Of a DNA stretch of 60,590 nt, positions 1 to 10,173 are shown piece by piece. The DNA is from Gammaproteobacteria bacterium (GTDB lineage Bacteria > Pseudomonadota > Gammaproteobacteria > JBNLBB01). A program made the translations under genes and the position numbers. Below the pieces are notes generated by a model. The model was not told the DNA's origin and made no database searches. It was given only the letters and a program-made list of their open reading frames with translations. The DNA is taken from positions 1 to 60,590 of the forward strand of contig JBNLBB010000001.1 in NCBI GenBank assembly GCA_050302415.1. The letters run 5' to 3'. Numbering within the stretch: the stretch's first letter is position 1; every line of letters begins with the position of its first letter.

Positions 1-257
1 CGGATCAGGGTTGCCCGCGAGGAATCGACCACCCGCTCGGAGTTCAGGAAGTAACGTCCCTGGGCATCAATCACCACTTCGAGTTGCTTTTCTCCCTCAG
101 CGGTTTCACCGGCAGCCTGGGGCAGTTCGATTTTCAGCTCCACTTCCCTGTTGAAGGTGGTGGTGACCATGAAAAAGATCAGCAGTAGGAATACCACGTC
201 GATGAGCGGTGTGATGTTGATATCCAGCTCTTCCCGGCGATGGGGTTGCAGGTTCAC
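1..257 (-). CDS. exbD: Biopolymer transport protein ExbD/TolR, N-terminal part; the C-terminus runs off the window
   Basis: My translation from GTG at 257 gives VNLQPHRREELDINITPLIDVVFLLLIFFMVTTTFNREVELKIELP..., the ExbD/TolR N-terminal TM signature. It starts 3 nt after the exbB stop. Confidence 0.8.
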   Translation of the reverse strand, partial: MNLQPHRREELDINITPLIDVVFLLLIFFMVTTTFNREVELKIELPQAAGETAEGEKQLEVVIDAQGRYFLNSERVVDSSRATLI

Positions 258-260
258 GCC

Positions 261-887
261 TCAGCCCCCGATTTCCTGTTTATCCCGCTGCCCATGCATC
301 ACTTCCACCAGTTTCAGTGCCTCGGCCTCCATGCCGATGACCAGTTCATCAACCTTGCCACGCAGATAGCGGTAGAACATGAGAGTGGGTATGGCTACCG
401 ACAGCCCCGCGGCGGTGGTGATCAGCGCTTCGGATATCCCGCCCGCCAGCACCCCCGGGTCGCCCACTCCTTGCGCGGTGATCACCGAAAAGACCTGAAT
501 CATGCCGATGACAGTGCCGAGCAATCCAAGCAGGGGCGAGATGGAGGCCACGGTGCCCAGAGTGTTGAGATAGCGCTCCAGTTCATGCACCACCTGCCGG
601 CCGGTCTCTTCAATACTCTCTTTCATGATCTCCCGATCCAGGTGCATGTTGACCAGACCGGCGCAGAGTATCCGCCCGAGTGGAGATTCCTTGCGCACCT
701 GGCTGATCCGCTCGGCATCCAACTGCCGGTTCTTATGCATGTGATAGACCTGGGCCACCAGGTGCTTGGGGATGATTTTCTTGCGCTGCAGGGCCCAGAA
801 ACGCTCGGCAATGATTGCTACCGAAATGATGGAACAGGCGATGATCGGAATCATCAACAACCCGCCTGCCTTGACCAGTTCAAACAC
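261..887 (-). CDS. exbB: MotA/TolQ/ExbB proton-channel protein
   Basis: 208-aa ORF with three TM segments and the conserved LGLLGTVIGMI / ALITTAAGL region of ExbB/TolQ. It is followed directly by exbD. Confidence 0.85.
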   Translation of the reverse strand: MFELVKAGGLLMIPIIACSIISVAIIAERFWALQRKKIIPKHLVAQVYHMHKNRQLDAERISQVRKESPLGRILCAGLVNMHLDREIMKESIEETGRQVVHELERYLNTLGTVASISPLLGLLGTVIGMIQVFSVITAQGVGDPGVLAGGISEALITTAAGLSVAIPTLMFYRYLRGKVDELVIGMEAEALKLVEVMHGQRDKQEIGG

Positions 888-934
888 TCAGTCCATCCCC
901 CGCATGGATTCAAAGAGTGCGTATCATACTGGAT

Positions 935-3274
935 TTAATGGGGCGCCTTAACCCTGTCTTCCAACCCATCCACGTCGGCATACCAGGAGGCGGAACGCCA
1001 GAATCCGTTCAACTTGTTGCGATAGGTATGCGCTGTGATATTTCCCTGCGGATGGAGCTCAAAACTGAGCAATCCGCCACCCGCAGTCGACCACTCGCGG
1101 GCACCGATTGCTCGGTAGCGCCCGACCACCTCCTGGTGCGGATGACCATAGCGGTTGTGGTGACGCATGGAATAGACCACGTGTTTTGGCGCGACAGCTG
1201 TCACAAAGCCCGGGCTGGATGAGCTTCGGCTGCCGTGGTGGGGTGCGATCAGCACATCGGACCTGAGACCCTGCCGCATCCGTCGTACCAGGACTGCCTC
1301 TTCGGGCTGTCCGATATCGGCCGTCAACAATGCGGACACGCGCCCCGTGGCAATCCTGACCACACACGACCCCTCGTTGCCTTCCGTTGGCCGTACGGGC
1401 GCCAGTACAGAAATCACAACCCCATCCAACCGCCACTCCTGCCCCGCCAAACAGGCCTCTACACCGTCAACAGCGGCCATGGTCGGATCCCCGGTGATGA
1501 TGTCACCTACACGCAACGCCCGTGACAGTGATTCCCATCCCCCTGAATGGTCGCTGTCGGCGTGGCTGATGATGGCCAGATCCAGGCGGCTGATACCGGC
1601 TTCGCGCAAAAAGGGGCGGACGATTGCCTCCCCGGCATCGAATCCACCGCGGTTCCGCGGACCGGCGTCGAACAGCAGCGCATGCCGATGAGTTTGCACC
1701 ACCACGGCGAGTCCCTGCCCCACATCGAGCACATGGAGCACCGCCTGGCCTTGGGGCAACCCGGATGGAGCCAGCAGACCAAGCGGCAGCAACAATATCA
1801 ACGCACCTGCCCGCATCGGCATGCCGTGCCCTGAAGCGAGCCACAGAAAGGCCACCAAAGCCATGCCCACTGCCCAAAGGGTCGGTGAGTGGTGCTCCCA
1901 CACCGCAAACGGGAGGTCGGCCAGCAGTCCAAGCAATTCCATTAACCAATCGAGACTGAAATCTGCGACCGCCAACGCGGCCCCACCCAGGTTCTCGGAC
2001 ACGGGAAACAGCAACAGCGCGGCCAGCAGTGGCGGTACCACGGTGAAACTCAACCAGGGAATTGCCAGGAGATTGGCGATGGGTGCAACCAGCGAAATCC
2101 GCCCAAATCCCCACAACACCAGGGGGGCAAGGGCCAGAAACAACCACCCCTGCAGCGTGACCACCTGGCGCAACGTGCCGGCCGGCCAGGCGTTGATAAC
2201 GTAGACAATGGCACCCACGGCCCCAAAGGAGAGCCAGAAACCGGGTTCCAGAACCGCTGTGGGCGTGGCCAACAGAACCGCCTGACAGGCCACCCCCAGC
2301 GTCCGCCAGGACCAGGCCGGGCGGCGGGCGATAACAGCTCCGCAGACCACCACCAGCATCACCAGCGCCCGCTGGGTCGGCAATGAAAAACCTGCAAGCC
2401 CGGAGTAGAGTAGTGCCATCACCGTGGCCACAACGGCTCCAACCACCTGCTTTGGCAATCGCCGACGCAACGGGGTGCACCACCAGATCAGATACCCCAG
2501 CAGATATCCCAGGGTCGCTGCATAGCCGATATGCAGTCCCGAAATTGCCATCAGATGATTGGTCCCGGTATCCAGGAACCGCCGCCACTCGATGTCCGTG
2601 ATCGCCGATCGGTCGCCAATCGCCAGCGCCGCCAACACCCCTTCCCTGACCAGTCCGTGCTGTTCACCACCCCTTGCCAGGGCAACCTGGTACCGGGTCC
2701 GTACCCGGTCCACCCAGCGGTTCAACCCGACCGCTGCCGCCATCCGTCGCCCCGTGCGCACGGAACCGGTGGCTTCAATCCCTTGAGCGTAGAGCCACCG
2801 CTCGTAGTCAAAACCACCGGGATTGGCATAGCCGCGGGGCGCGAACAGACGGACCGCGAGCTTCCAGCGTTCGCCGGGCACCAGGGTCAGCGGCTCATCG
2901 GTGTACCAGGAGAGACGGACCGTTCCGGCCCATCTCCCGCTATCACCATGCTGATCCATCGGTTCCGTCTCAATCAGGAACCGATAGCGCGCCCGGTCAT
3001 GCTCCACCAGGCCGATGATGGTTCCAGTGACCTGGAGTTCGGCGCCATCGAGCGTCGCGGGTAACTGAAACTGGCGGGCATGGGTGGCGTGAAAACCGGA
3101 CCAAGCGACGTAAAACAGCAGCCATGCGATCCATCGCAACTTCCTGTGTCGCCAAAATGGAACGGCTGCGGCTACAATAGACACTAACACCCACAAGGGC
3201 GGCAAAGTTGGCAGGAGGTACAGCAATGTACATCCGGCCAGTGAGGCAAACGTCCCTGACAGCACTCGATTCAC
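935..3274 (-). CDS. comEC: DNA internalisation competence protein ComEC/Rec2
   Basis: 779-aa polytopic membrane ORF with a C-terminal metallo-beta-lactamase motif (IISHADSDHSGG). Size and layout are typical of ComEC. Confidence 0.85.
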   Translation of the reverse strand: MNRVLSGTFASLAGCTLLYLLPTLPPLWVLVSIVAAAVPFWRHRKLRWIAWLLFYVAWSGFHATHARQFQLPATLDGAELQVTGTIIGLVEHDRARYRFLIETEPMDQHGDSGRWAGTVRLSWYTDEPLTLVPGERWKLAVRLFAPRGYANPGGFDYERWLYAQGIEATGSVRTGRRMAAAVGLNRWVDRVRTRYQVALARGGEQHGLVREGVLAALAIGDRSAITDIEWRRFLDTGTNHLMAISGLHIGYAATLGYLLGYLIWWCTPLRRRLPKQVVGAVVATVMALLYSGLAGFSLPTQRALVMLVVVCGAVIARRPAWSWRTLGVACQAVLLATPTAVLEPGFWLSFGAVGAIVYVINAWPAGTLRQVVTLQGWLFLALAPLVLWGFGRISLVAPIANLLAIPWLSFTVVPPLLAALLLFPVSENLGGAALAVADFSLDWLMELLGLLADLPFAVWEHHSPTLWAVGMALVAFLWLASGHGMPMRAGALILLLPLGLLAPSGLPQGQAVLHVLDVGQGLAVVVQTHRHALLFDAGPRNRGGFDAGEAIVRPFLREAGISRLDLAIISHADSDHSGGWESLSRALRVGDIITGDPTMAAVDGVEACLAGQEWRLDGVVISVLAPVRPTEGNEGSCVVRIATGRVSALLTADIGQPEEAVLVRRMRQGLRSDVLIAPHHGSRSSSSPGFVTAVAPKHVVYSMRHHNRYGHPHQEVVGRYRAIGAREWSTAGGGLLSFELHPQGNITAHTYRNKLNGFWRSASWYADVDGLEDRVKAPH

Positions 3275-3322
3275 CTCTTCCTGGAGGCTTACAGTTTGCT
3301 CGCTGTTGGCTGAATTTGTTTA

Positions 3323-3868
3323 ATGAAAAAAACCATCCGCCGTTACATGCCGGATCCGCATAGTGTACGGCACCACAAGCACCTGAAAATATTCGGTTCC
3401 CTGATCCACGATCCCAATCTGTGGCACCTCAACCGTCGCTCCGTGTCCGGCGCTTTTGCCGTCGGACTGTTCATGATGTATGTGCCGGTGCCGTTTCAGA
3501 TGCTGCTGGCGGCAGCGGCGGCGATTCCGTTTCGGGTGAACCTGCCCATCTCCGTGGGGCTGGTCTGGATCAGCAACCCCATCACCATGCCGCCCATGTT
3601 CTACCTGGCCTATCGGGTCGGCGCACTGGTCCTGGGCGTGCCCACCTCGACGTTTACCTTCGAGCTCTCCTTCGACTGGCTGCTCAGCGAACTGACCCAC
3701 ATCTGGGAGCCATTCCTCTTGGGCTGCCTTATATTCGCCATCCTCTGTTCAGTCGCGGGCTACATCACCATGCGCATTCTTTGGCGGCTGCACATTCTGC
3801 AGAATATCCGCCGGCGTCGCGAGGCACGCAAGGCCCGCCAGGATCTGCTCAACCAGCGTTCTGATTGA
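3323..3868 (+). CDS. DUF2062-family membrane protein
   Basis: 181-aa ORF. The N-terminus (...[33 protein letters not shown]...) matches the DUF2062 pattern. Its 3' end overlaps the convergent lolD by 20 nt. Confidence 0.7.
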   Translation: MKKTIRRYMPDPHSVRHHKHLKIFGSLIHDPNLWHLNRRSVSGAFAVGLFMMYVPVPFQMLLAAAAAIPFRVNLPISVGLVWISNPITMPPMFYLAYRVGALVLGVPTSTFTFELSFDWLLSELTHIWEPFLLGCLIFAILCSVAGYITMRILWRLHILQNIRRRREARKARQDLLNQRSD

Positions 3869-4538
3869 GCGTTCCCGCCTCCAGCACCCAGGTGCGATCC
3901 ATGCGCGCGGCCAACACAGGGTTGTGGGTCACCACCACGAAACTGGTCCGGGTCGCCTGATTGAGCTCCAGCATCAGTTCATACACCTCTTCCGCAGTCC
4001 GGCTGTCCAGGTTCCCTGTCGGTTCGTCGGCAAGGACACAGGCCGGCTGAGTCACCAGAGCCCTGGCGATGGCGGCACGCTGGCGTTCGCCACCCGACAG
4101 TTCACCGGGCTTGTGCCGCACCCGCTGCGCAAGTCCCACACGATCCAGAATCCCGCGTGCGGTATCCATGGCGACCGCGGTCGTTTCCCGCCGGATCATC
4201 AGCGGCATCGCCACGTTTTCCAGTGCGGTAAATTCGGGCAACAGATGGTGGAACTGGTAGACAAATCCCAGGCGGCGATTGCGCAATTCACCGCGCGCCC
4301 GCTCTCCCAGGCGACCCAAATCATTCCCCTCCAGCAAGACTTCGCCGCTGCTGGGCGCGTCCAGCCCCCCCAGCAAATGCAGCAGGGTGCTCTTGCCTGA
4401 GCCTGAGGCACCCACGATGGCCACGCGCTCGCCGCTGTTGACCACCAGATTGAGGTCATTGAACACCTCGGTATGCAGGCCGCCCTCGGCGTAGGTTTTA
4501 CCCAATTGGCGAGCTTCGAGTACCACCTGATCACTCAT
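3849..4538 (-). CDS. lolD: Lipoprotein-releasing system ATP-binding protein LolD
   Basis: 229-aa ABC ATPase with Walker [10 protein letters not shown] and signature LSGGERQR. It overlaps the upstream FtsX-type permease gene by 8 nt. Confidence 0.85.
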   Translation of the reverse strand: MSDQVVLEARQLGKTYAEGGLHTEVFNDLNLVVNSGERVAIVGASGSGKSTLLHLLGGLDAPSSGEVLLEGNDLGRLGERARGELRNRRLGFVYQFHHLLPEFTALENVAMPLMIRRETTAVAMDTARGILDRVGLAQRVRHKPGELSGGERQRAAIARALVTQPACVLADEPTGNLDSRTAEEVYELMLELNQATRTSFVVVTHNPVLAARMDRTWVLEAGTLNQNAG

Positions 4539-5775
4539 AGCGCAACGCCTCTGCCGGATGGGTGCGCGAAGCGCGAAGTGCGGGATAGATGGTTGCCAGC
4601 ACGGACAGTATGAATGCGGTGATGCTCACCTTCAGCACATCATCCAGGTGCAGATCCGACGGCAGCTTGCTGATGTAGTAGATGTCTCCCGGCAGAAACT
4701 GAATGCCGAACAGACGTTCGACGGCAGGAACGATGGTCTCGACGTTGAGCGCCAGCCCGATACCGCCAAGCAATCCCAGCAGGGTGCCTACCACACCGAT
4801 CAGGGTGCCCTGCACCATGAACACAGACATCACGCTGCCCGGACTCATGCCCAGCGTTCTCAGGACCGCAATGTCCGGCTGTTTATCGCTGACCATGATG
4901 ACCAGGGTGGAGACAATATTGAATGCGGCCACGGCGACGATCAGCAGGATGATGATGAACATGACCCGCTTTTCGGTCTTCAACGCCTTAAAGAAGTTGG
5001 CATGCTGGCGGGTCCAGTCGGAGATGAAATACCGGCCACTCAGTGACTGTGCCAGTTCGCGCACCACATAGGGCGCCTGAAACAGATCATCGAGCTTCAG
5101 GCGCACGCCGGTAACACCCTCCATGCGCAACAGTCGCGCGGCATCCTCCATGTGCACCATGACCAATCCGCGGTCGTATTCGTACATCCCGACTTCGAAG
5201 ATACCCACCACCGTGAACCGTTTGAGTCGCGGCAGGATGCCGGCCGGTGTGGTGGCGGCGTTCGGTGTCACCACCGTCACTTTGTCGCCAAGCTGCACAC
5301 CCAGCATGTAGGCCAGTTCCTGGCCTAACACAATGCCGAATCCGCCCGATTTGAGATCTTCAAGTTTCCCGGCCACCATCTTGTCTGCGACTTCCGCCAC
5401 CTTGCGCTCTTCGCCGGGCAGGATGCCTCTCAGGATGGTGCCGCTGACCACGTCGCCGGCAGTGGCCATCACCTCCGCCTGTATGTACGGCGCCACTTCC
5501 TGGATGCGGCCGTGTTCCCTGGCGCGTACTGCGACACCCTGCCAATCATTGAGTGGACCACCGTAGGCGCTGATAGTGGCATGCGAAGTCATGCCGAGGA
5601 TTCGCTCGCGCATTTCCTTTTCGAAGCCGTTCATTACAGACAATACCGTGATCAACGCCGTCACCCCCACCGCGATACCCAGCATGGAGATGAGAGAGAT
5701 GAAGGAGATAAAGTGGTTGCGCCGTTTGGCACGCGTATAGCGCAACCCGATAAAGAGCTCGAGCGGTCGAATCAT
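4531..5775 (-). CDS. Lipoprotein-releasing system permease, LolC/LolE/LolF family
   Basis: 414-aa MacB/FtsX-type permease: TM1, a large periplasmic loop, then three C-terminal TMs. It is the only such permease next to lolD in this window. Confidence 0.8.
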   Translation of the reverse strand: MIRPLELFIGLRYTRAKRRNHFISFISLISMLGIAVGVTALITVLSVMNGFEKEMRERILGMTSHATISAYGGPLNDWQGVAVRAREHGRIQEVAPYIQAEVMATAGDVVSGTILRGILPGEERKVAEVADKMVAGKLEDLKSGGFGIVLGQELAYMLGVQLGDKVTVVTPNAATTPAGILPRLKRFTVVGIFEVGMYEYDRGLVMVHMEDAARLLRMEGVTGVRLKLDDLFQAPYVVRELAQSLSGRYFISDWTRQHANFFKALKTEKRVMFIIILLIVAVAAFNIVSTLVIMVSDKQPDIAVLRTLGMSPGSVMSVFMVQGTLIGVVGTLLGLLGGIGLALNVETIVPAVERLFGIQFLPGDIYYISKLPSDLHLDDVLKVSITAFILSVLATIYPALRASRTHPAEALRYE

Positions 5776-5794
5776 GAGAAGTGCAGTGCTGTCC

Positions 5795-6517
5795 CTACCC
5801 CGTTGGGGCGCTCATCATAACAGGAATCGATTCGACAAGTTTTACTTCAAAGACGTTCACTGACGCGCGGTAGGCAAGCACCTCAACGCCTCCCTGCCGG
5901 GCCCGGCGCATCACCGCCGCGTAGTGGGGATCGATGGAATCTGCTGTCCCCAAGGCCACGCAATCCTCCCGCGACACGCAATAGACCACCACGACGCGGA
6001 AACCCCGGGTCACGAGTTCGATCATGGCCTCCCCCTGGCGGGATGCCCGATCACTTCGGGCATCAGGAAATCTGGCGATGCCCTCGTTGTCCCGCAGGGT
6101 CACATTTTTCACTTCAACCAGACAGTCGGCATGCAGCGGATGACCCTGAAGCATTAGATCTGAGCGCCATCCACGAATCAGTTGGCGCTCCGTCACCAGC
6201 CGCGGGTATCCCCGCAACTCGCTGAGCGTGCCGTTGCTGATGGCTTCGGTCACCAGGTGGTTGGGCCTCGCGGTGTTGATGTGGACCAGGGTACCGGTGT
6301 CCCCCTCCACCAATTCCCAGGTATAGGGATACTTGCGTGCCGGGTTTTCGGAATCGCTGAGATATACGCGGGCACCAGGCGTGGCGCATCCACTCATGGA
6401 ACCGGTATTGGCAGTGTGCGCTGTGATGACTTCACCGGAAGCAAGTTCCACATCGGCCAGAAATCGTTTGTAGCGACGGATCAGCCGCCCTGGAAGCAGC
6501 GGTTTCTCAAAACGCAT
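5795..6517 (-). CDS. sfsA: Sugar fermentation stimulation protein SfsA
   Basis: 240-aa ORF. The N-terminus GRLIRRYKRFLADVEL..G..ITAHTANTGSM is the SfsA hallmark. Confidence 0.85.
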   Translation of the reverse strand: MRFEKPLLPGRLIRRYKRFLADVELASGEVITAHTANTGSMSGCATPGARVYLSDSENPARKYPYTWELVEGDTGTLVHINTARPNHLVTEAISNGTLSELRGYPRLVTERQLIRGWRSDLMLQGHPLHADCLVEVKNVTLRDNEGIARFPDARSDRASRQGEAMIELVTRGFRVVVVYCVSREDCVALGTADSIDPHYAAVMRRARQGGVEVLAYRASVNVFEVKLVESIPVMMSAPTG

Positions 6518-6531
6518 GGGAACGCCGAGAG

Positions 6532-7008
6532 CTACTCAGCCACCTCCCTGCAGGCAATCATATTGACGGCTTTCATACTCAACACCACTTCCCGATGCTG
6601 ATTGAGCACCTCAATAAAGGTGTGCACCACCCCACGGTCAGGCCTGCTCTGGGAACGTCGGGACTCGACGACGGTACATCGGACACTGAGCGAATCCCCA
6701 GGTCGCACGGGAGAAATCCAGCGAAGTTCATCCACTCCGGGGGACGCGAGGCTGGCGACCTTGGTCAGATAGTTGTCCGCGTACATGCGCATCATCAATC
6801 CACAGGTCTGCCAGCCGCTGGCAATCAGTCCTTCAAAGATGGTGGCCGAAGCGGCTGCCTCATCAACATGGAACGGTTGCGGATCATACTGCTCGGCAAA
6901 GCGGATGATCGATTCTCGATCAAGGGTCACACTACCGAACTCATGCACGGACCCCGGCTTATAGTCTTCAAAGTACCGATCCGTGATCGGTGTGGCAAAA
7001 CTGCTCAT
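6532..7008 (-). CDS. MaoC-like (R)-hydratase / hotdog-fold dehydratase
   Basis: 158-aa ORF with MaoC-dehydratase-like sequence (...FAEQYDPQPFHVDEAAA...GLIASGWQT...). Confidence 0.7.
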   Translation of the reverse strand: MSSFATPITDRYFEDYKPGSVHEFGSVTLDRESIIRFAEQYDPQPFHVDEAAASATIFEGLIASGWQTCGLMMRMYADNYLTKVASLASPGVDELRWISPVRPGDSLSVRCTVVESRRSQSRPDRGVVHTFIEVLNQHREVVLSMKAVNMIACREVAE

Positions 7009-7062
7009 CGCTTCGATATCCCGCTGGCATCTGAGGGATGCATCTTACGACACTTGGCAACA

Positions 7063-7092
7063 CAAAAAAAAAGAGGGGCCAACGGCCCCTCT
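7063..7092 (-). terminator. Rho-independent terminator downstream of fccB
   Basis: Perfect 9-bp stem AGAGGGGCC / GGCCCCTCT with a 3-nt loop. On the minus strand it is followed by a run of nine T. It lies 27 nt after the fccB stop. Confidence 0.85.
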
Positions 7093-7118
7093 GATAGCGG
7101 GAGATAATCTATCGGTAA

Positions 7119-8423
7119 TCAGCCGAAGATGTCATTGGTAATATTGTTGAACCAGCTGTGGGCGTAACCCACTTCGCGGCGGCGATGTTCCGGACTGGCA
7201 TCCATGGGGGTCAGACCACCGGCTCCGGCAACTCCGGCAATGGCATCCTTCTCCGCGTTATACCGGTAGACCGCAGCCACGGAAATACCCCAGTCGTCAC
7301 CGACGATGCTGTAGCAGGTATTGATGTAGGACGGCGTACCCGGTTCCATGCCGTTGAGCATTGCGACGATGGCCGCTGCGCACACCTTGGCCTGGGAATT
7401 GGCGGAATATCCGGACTTGGGCATGGCGGTGGCCACACTTGCGTCACCCAGTACATGGATATTGGGCACCACCTTGGATTCGAAGGTGGTTTTGTTCACA
7501 GCGCACCAGTCACTGTCACCGGTAAGGCCGGCACCAAAAGCGATGGCACCCGCCTTCTGCGCCGGGATGATGTTCAACACATCAGCCTTCACCACGTCGC
7601 CGAATTCGGTGGTTACCGTACGGGTCTTGGCGTCGACTTTGACCACCCGACTGTCCGGACCCGGACGCCACTCGATCAGGCTGTTCGGCGTGTCATATCC
7701 ATACAGTGCTTTCCAGCCCTGCATAAACAGGCCCTGTTTTGAGAACTTCTGCTTCGCATCCAGGATAAGCACCTTGGATTTGGGTTTGTGCTTCTGCAGG
7801 TAGCTAGCGATCAGACTCGCCCGCTCATAGGGCCCGGGAGGACAACGGAACGGGTTGGGGGGCGGTGCGATGACCACGGTACCGCCATCATGCATCGCTT
7901 CGAGTTGGGCCCGTAGGGTGGCGGTCTGCGGACCAGCCTGCCAGGCATGCGGGATATCCTTGGCCACATTGGCATCGAGCCCTTCCACGGTTTCCCACTT
8001 GAAGTCGATGCCGGGGGCAACCACGCAGCGGTCGTAGCTGAATTTGTTGCCACCGGAGGTGGTCACGGTCCGTGCATTGGCATCGATACCGGTTACCGAC
8101 TCCGACACCACGTTCACACCGTGCTTCTTCAGGCCCTCGTAACCGAATCCGATGCTGTCCAGTTTACGGTCACCACCGATCACCTCGTTGCTCATGAAAC
8201 AGGTGTGATACTTCGCCTTCGGCTCGATCACCGTAACGTCGATGGACGGATCGGCCATCTTCAAGTACTTGGCAGTTGTGGTACCACCAATACCGCCACC
8301 GACCACTACCACCTTTTTCTTCATGTGTTTGGCAGCAAAACTTAGGGACGGGAGACCGGCCAGACCCACAGCCCCGGCAGCGCCTGAGGCTTTCAGAAAA
8401 TTTCTTCGCGTAAAATTCGCCAT
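7119..8423 (-). CDS. fccB: Flavocytochrome c sulfide dehydrogenase, flavoprotein subunit (FccB/SoxF type)
   Basis: 434-aa ORF with a Tat signal ([26 protein letters not shown]) and FAD fingerprint [10 protein letters not shown]. It sits immediately downstream of a dihaem cytochrome c gene. Confidence 0.85.
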   Translation of the reverse strand: MANFTRRNFLKASGAAGAVGLAGLPSLSFAAKHMKKKVVVVGGGIGGTTTAKYLKMADPSIDVTVIEPKAKYHTCFMSNEVIGGDRKLDSIGFGYEGLKKHGVNVVSESVTGIDANARTVTTSGGNKFSYDRCVVAPGIDFKWETVEGLDANVAKDIPHAWQAGPQTATLRAQLEAMHDGGTVVIAPPPNPFRCPPGPYERASLIASYLQKHKPKSKVLILDAKQKFSKQGLFMQGWKALYGYDTPNSLIEWRPGPDSRVVKVDAKTRTVTTEFGDVVKADVLNIIPAQKAGAIAFGAGLTGDSDWCAVNKTTFESKVVPNIHVLGDASVATAMPKSGYSANSQAKVCAAAIVAMLNGMEPGTPSYINTCYSIVGDDWGISVAAVYRYNAEKDAIAGVAGAGGLTPMDASPEHRRREVGYAHSWFNNITNDIFG

Positions 8424-8442
8424 TGGATTTCCCCTCTCCGTT

Positions 8443-9114
8443 CTACTTCTGGCTGGCGTAGTAATGAGCCAGTGCTTTCAGGTCGTCGGCGCTGAGCTTC
8501 TTCATCTTCGCCGCCATTTTCTTGGGCATCTTGCGGTGTTTGGCCGCAAAATCGTCAAGGGAATTCTGGACATACGGCATCCACTGACCTGCCAACAGTC
8601 CGACATCATCTTCACTGCTGCGACCGCCATCTTCATGGCACTTTTCACAGTGATTGTCGTGCAACCGGCGCCCTTTTTTCACCAGCGCCGAATCAGTGCT
8701 CTGGGCATGACGGATAAACTGTTTGCCGGCAAAGTATTCGGCCATGCTGGCGATCTCTTCGTCGGTGTATCCCTTCGCAATCCGGCTCATAATGGTGCTG
8801 GATCGCGGCAGCGCTTCGAATTCATCATCCGACAGCGGCATTTGGCTGACCGCCTTGGTGATGGCTTCTTCGTCGTCACCATATTTGTAGGCCATCATCG
8901 CAGCGATGAAATAGCCGCGTGACAGACCTGCAATGCCGGGCGTGGCAGGTCCCTGGCTGTTGCCTCCCGTACCGTGACAACCGGCACAGGTGTTGGACAA
9001 CATTTCCGAAGTGGCACCGGCGGCGTTCGCTGGCGCCGACAGGCCGATCATCGCCGTACTGGCTACCGCCAGACCGGCCACAACAAGCGCTTGTCGCAGT
9101 CTCTTGTACCCCAT
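8443..9114 (-). CDS. fccA: Flavocytochrome c sulfide dehydrogenase, dihaem cytochrome c subunit
   Basis: Two CxxCH motifs (CAGCH, CEKCH) and a Sec signal (...GLSAPANA). I place the start at the ATG at 9114, which is preceded by AGGGAGAAG, not at the ORF-track start 9168. Confidence 0.8.
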   Translation of the reverse strand: MGYKRLRQALVVAGLAVASTAMIGLSAPANAAGATSEMLSNTCAGCHGTGGNSQGPATPGIAGLSRGYFIAAMMAYKYGDDEEAITKAVSQMPLSDDEFEALPRSSTIMSRIAKGYTDEEIASMAEYFAGKQFIRHAQSTDSALVKKGRRLHDNHCEKCHEDGGRSSEDDVGLLAGQWMPYVQNSLDDFAAKHRKMPKKMAAKMKKLSADDLKALAHYYASQK

Positions 9115-9244
9115 GACTTCTCCCTCTTGTTCTACCTCATTACGAGGCATTGACATTTTTAACATCAATCCGGACAGGTTTTGGAATCCCCCTGGACCGA
9201 TAGGAATTGCCGCTGTGTGACAACGCGCGGCGCCGTTGATCTAG

Positions 9245-9260
9245 TGCAACCCGCGTGCCA
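9245..9260 (-). promoter_or_regulatory. Candidate sigma-54 (-24/-12) promoter for fccAB
   Basis: The minus strand reads TGGCACGCGGGTTGCA (TGGCAC-N5-TTGCA) with canonical GG/GC spacing, about 130 nt upstream of the fccA ATG. Confidence 0.6.
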
Positions 9261-9330
9261 CCCTAAGAGAACAATTTTTTTCCAATTTATTCATTTGGTT
9301 AATGACCTTGCTCCCTTTGAGCCATACTGC

Positions 9331-9376
9331 CACTTTCTGCCAAACCTGCCTTCCGCACATGAAATGGCAGAAAGTG
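9331..9376 (-). promoter_or_regulatory. Perfect 11-bp inverted repeat: candidate enhancer (UAS) for the sigma-54 promoter, or a hairpin after the napC-like gene
   Basis: CACTTTCTGCC-N24-GGCAGAAAGTG. It lies 70-115 nt upstream of the -24 element and 6 nt after the stop of the tetrahaem cytochrome gene. No U-tract follows. Confidence 0.45.
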
Positions 9377-9381
9377 TCGTG

Positions 9382-9972
9382 TCAGGAATTGTCCGCCACG
9401 GACTCCTCTGGCGGATCCGGGACTTCGTGTGCCACCCCTCTGTGGCACTCGACGCAGGTTTGATTCTCTTCCACCGCACCCTTGTGCTTGCGCCGGGCCA
9501 AGCGGGCCTGGGATTCAAGCTCCATCGCGGTGAAGGAGTGACAGCTGCGGCAGGTGGCGGAATCGGTCCGCTCCATGAACCGCCAGACGCGGTTGGCCAT
9601 CTCCCACCGTTTGGCGGCAAATTTCTCCGGGGTATCCACGGTACCTATCAGGGTGTGCCAGACATCCTTGACGGCAATGACTTTGGCCACCAGTTTCGGA
9701 CCGAATGCTTTGGGAACATGGCAGTCGGGGCAACCGGCTCGAACACCCGATTTATTCACATAATGCAGTGACTCCTGGTACTCGGGATACATCGTATCCT
9801 TCATTTCATGACAGGAGATGCAGAACTCCATCGTGTCTGTCACGCCGATGAGTTTGACCGCCCCGCCAAACAGCAGCAGCACCGTGACCCCACCCACCAC
9901 CAGAAGGCTACCGACGGACCACTTGCCACTGGGTGTTCTCAGCCCGTTCCAGAGGCACCGAAATATGTTCAT
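9382..9972 (-). CDS. NapC/NirT/CymA-family membrane-anchored tetrahaem cytochrome c (quinol dehydrogenase type)
   Basis: 196-aa ORF with an N-terminal TM anchor and four CxxCH motifs (CISCH, CPDCH, CRSCH, CVECH), in the spacing and size typical of NapC/NirT. Confidence 0.8.
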   Translation of the reverse strand: MNIFRCLWNGLRTPSGKWSVGSLLVVGGVTVLLLFGGAVKLIGVTDTMEFCISCHEMKDTMYPEYQESLHYVNKSGVRAGCPDCHVPKAFGPKLVAKVIAVKDVWHTLIGTVDTPEKFAAKRWEMANRVWRFMERTDSATCRSCHSFTAMELESQARLARRKHKGAVEENQTCVECHRGVAHEVPDPPEESVADNS

Positions 9973-10173
9973 CTACTCCCCCATCGAAACCATATTTTTT
10001 GGACCTCTTGCTCTCCACCCTGACAATCTTCTTGCAGGGTGACTGCGGAGCTGAAGACCGGTGCATTACCCTACGCCTGTTGCACCAAATTTTCAGCACA
10101 GAGTACAGGTCCGGCGCGGTCGATGTTATATTTACTTAGGGATATCCCGAATAAGCGTGGTGAGGAGAGATTA

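Noticed and set aside
3285-3300. AGGCTTACAGTTTGCT upstream of the DUF2062 gene (GG-N10-GC with TTGC)
   Set aside because: The spacing is correct, but the -24 element is poor (no TGGCAC), no upstream enhancer-like repeat is present, and there is no functional rationale. It is probably a chance match.
9150-9168. TTGAC-N9-ATCAA imperfect palindrome in the fccA leader (FNR-like half-sites)
   Set aside because: The spacer is far longer than the FNR/CRP consensus. The site lies downstream of the predicted sigma-54 start, inside the 5' UTR.
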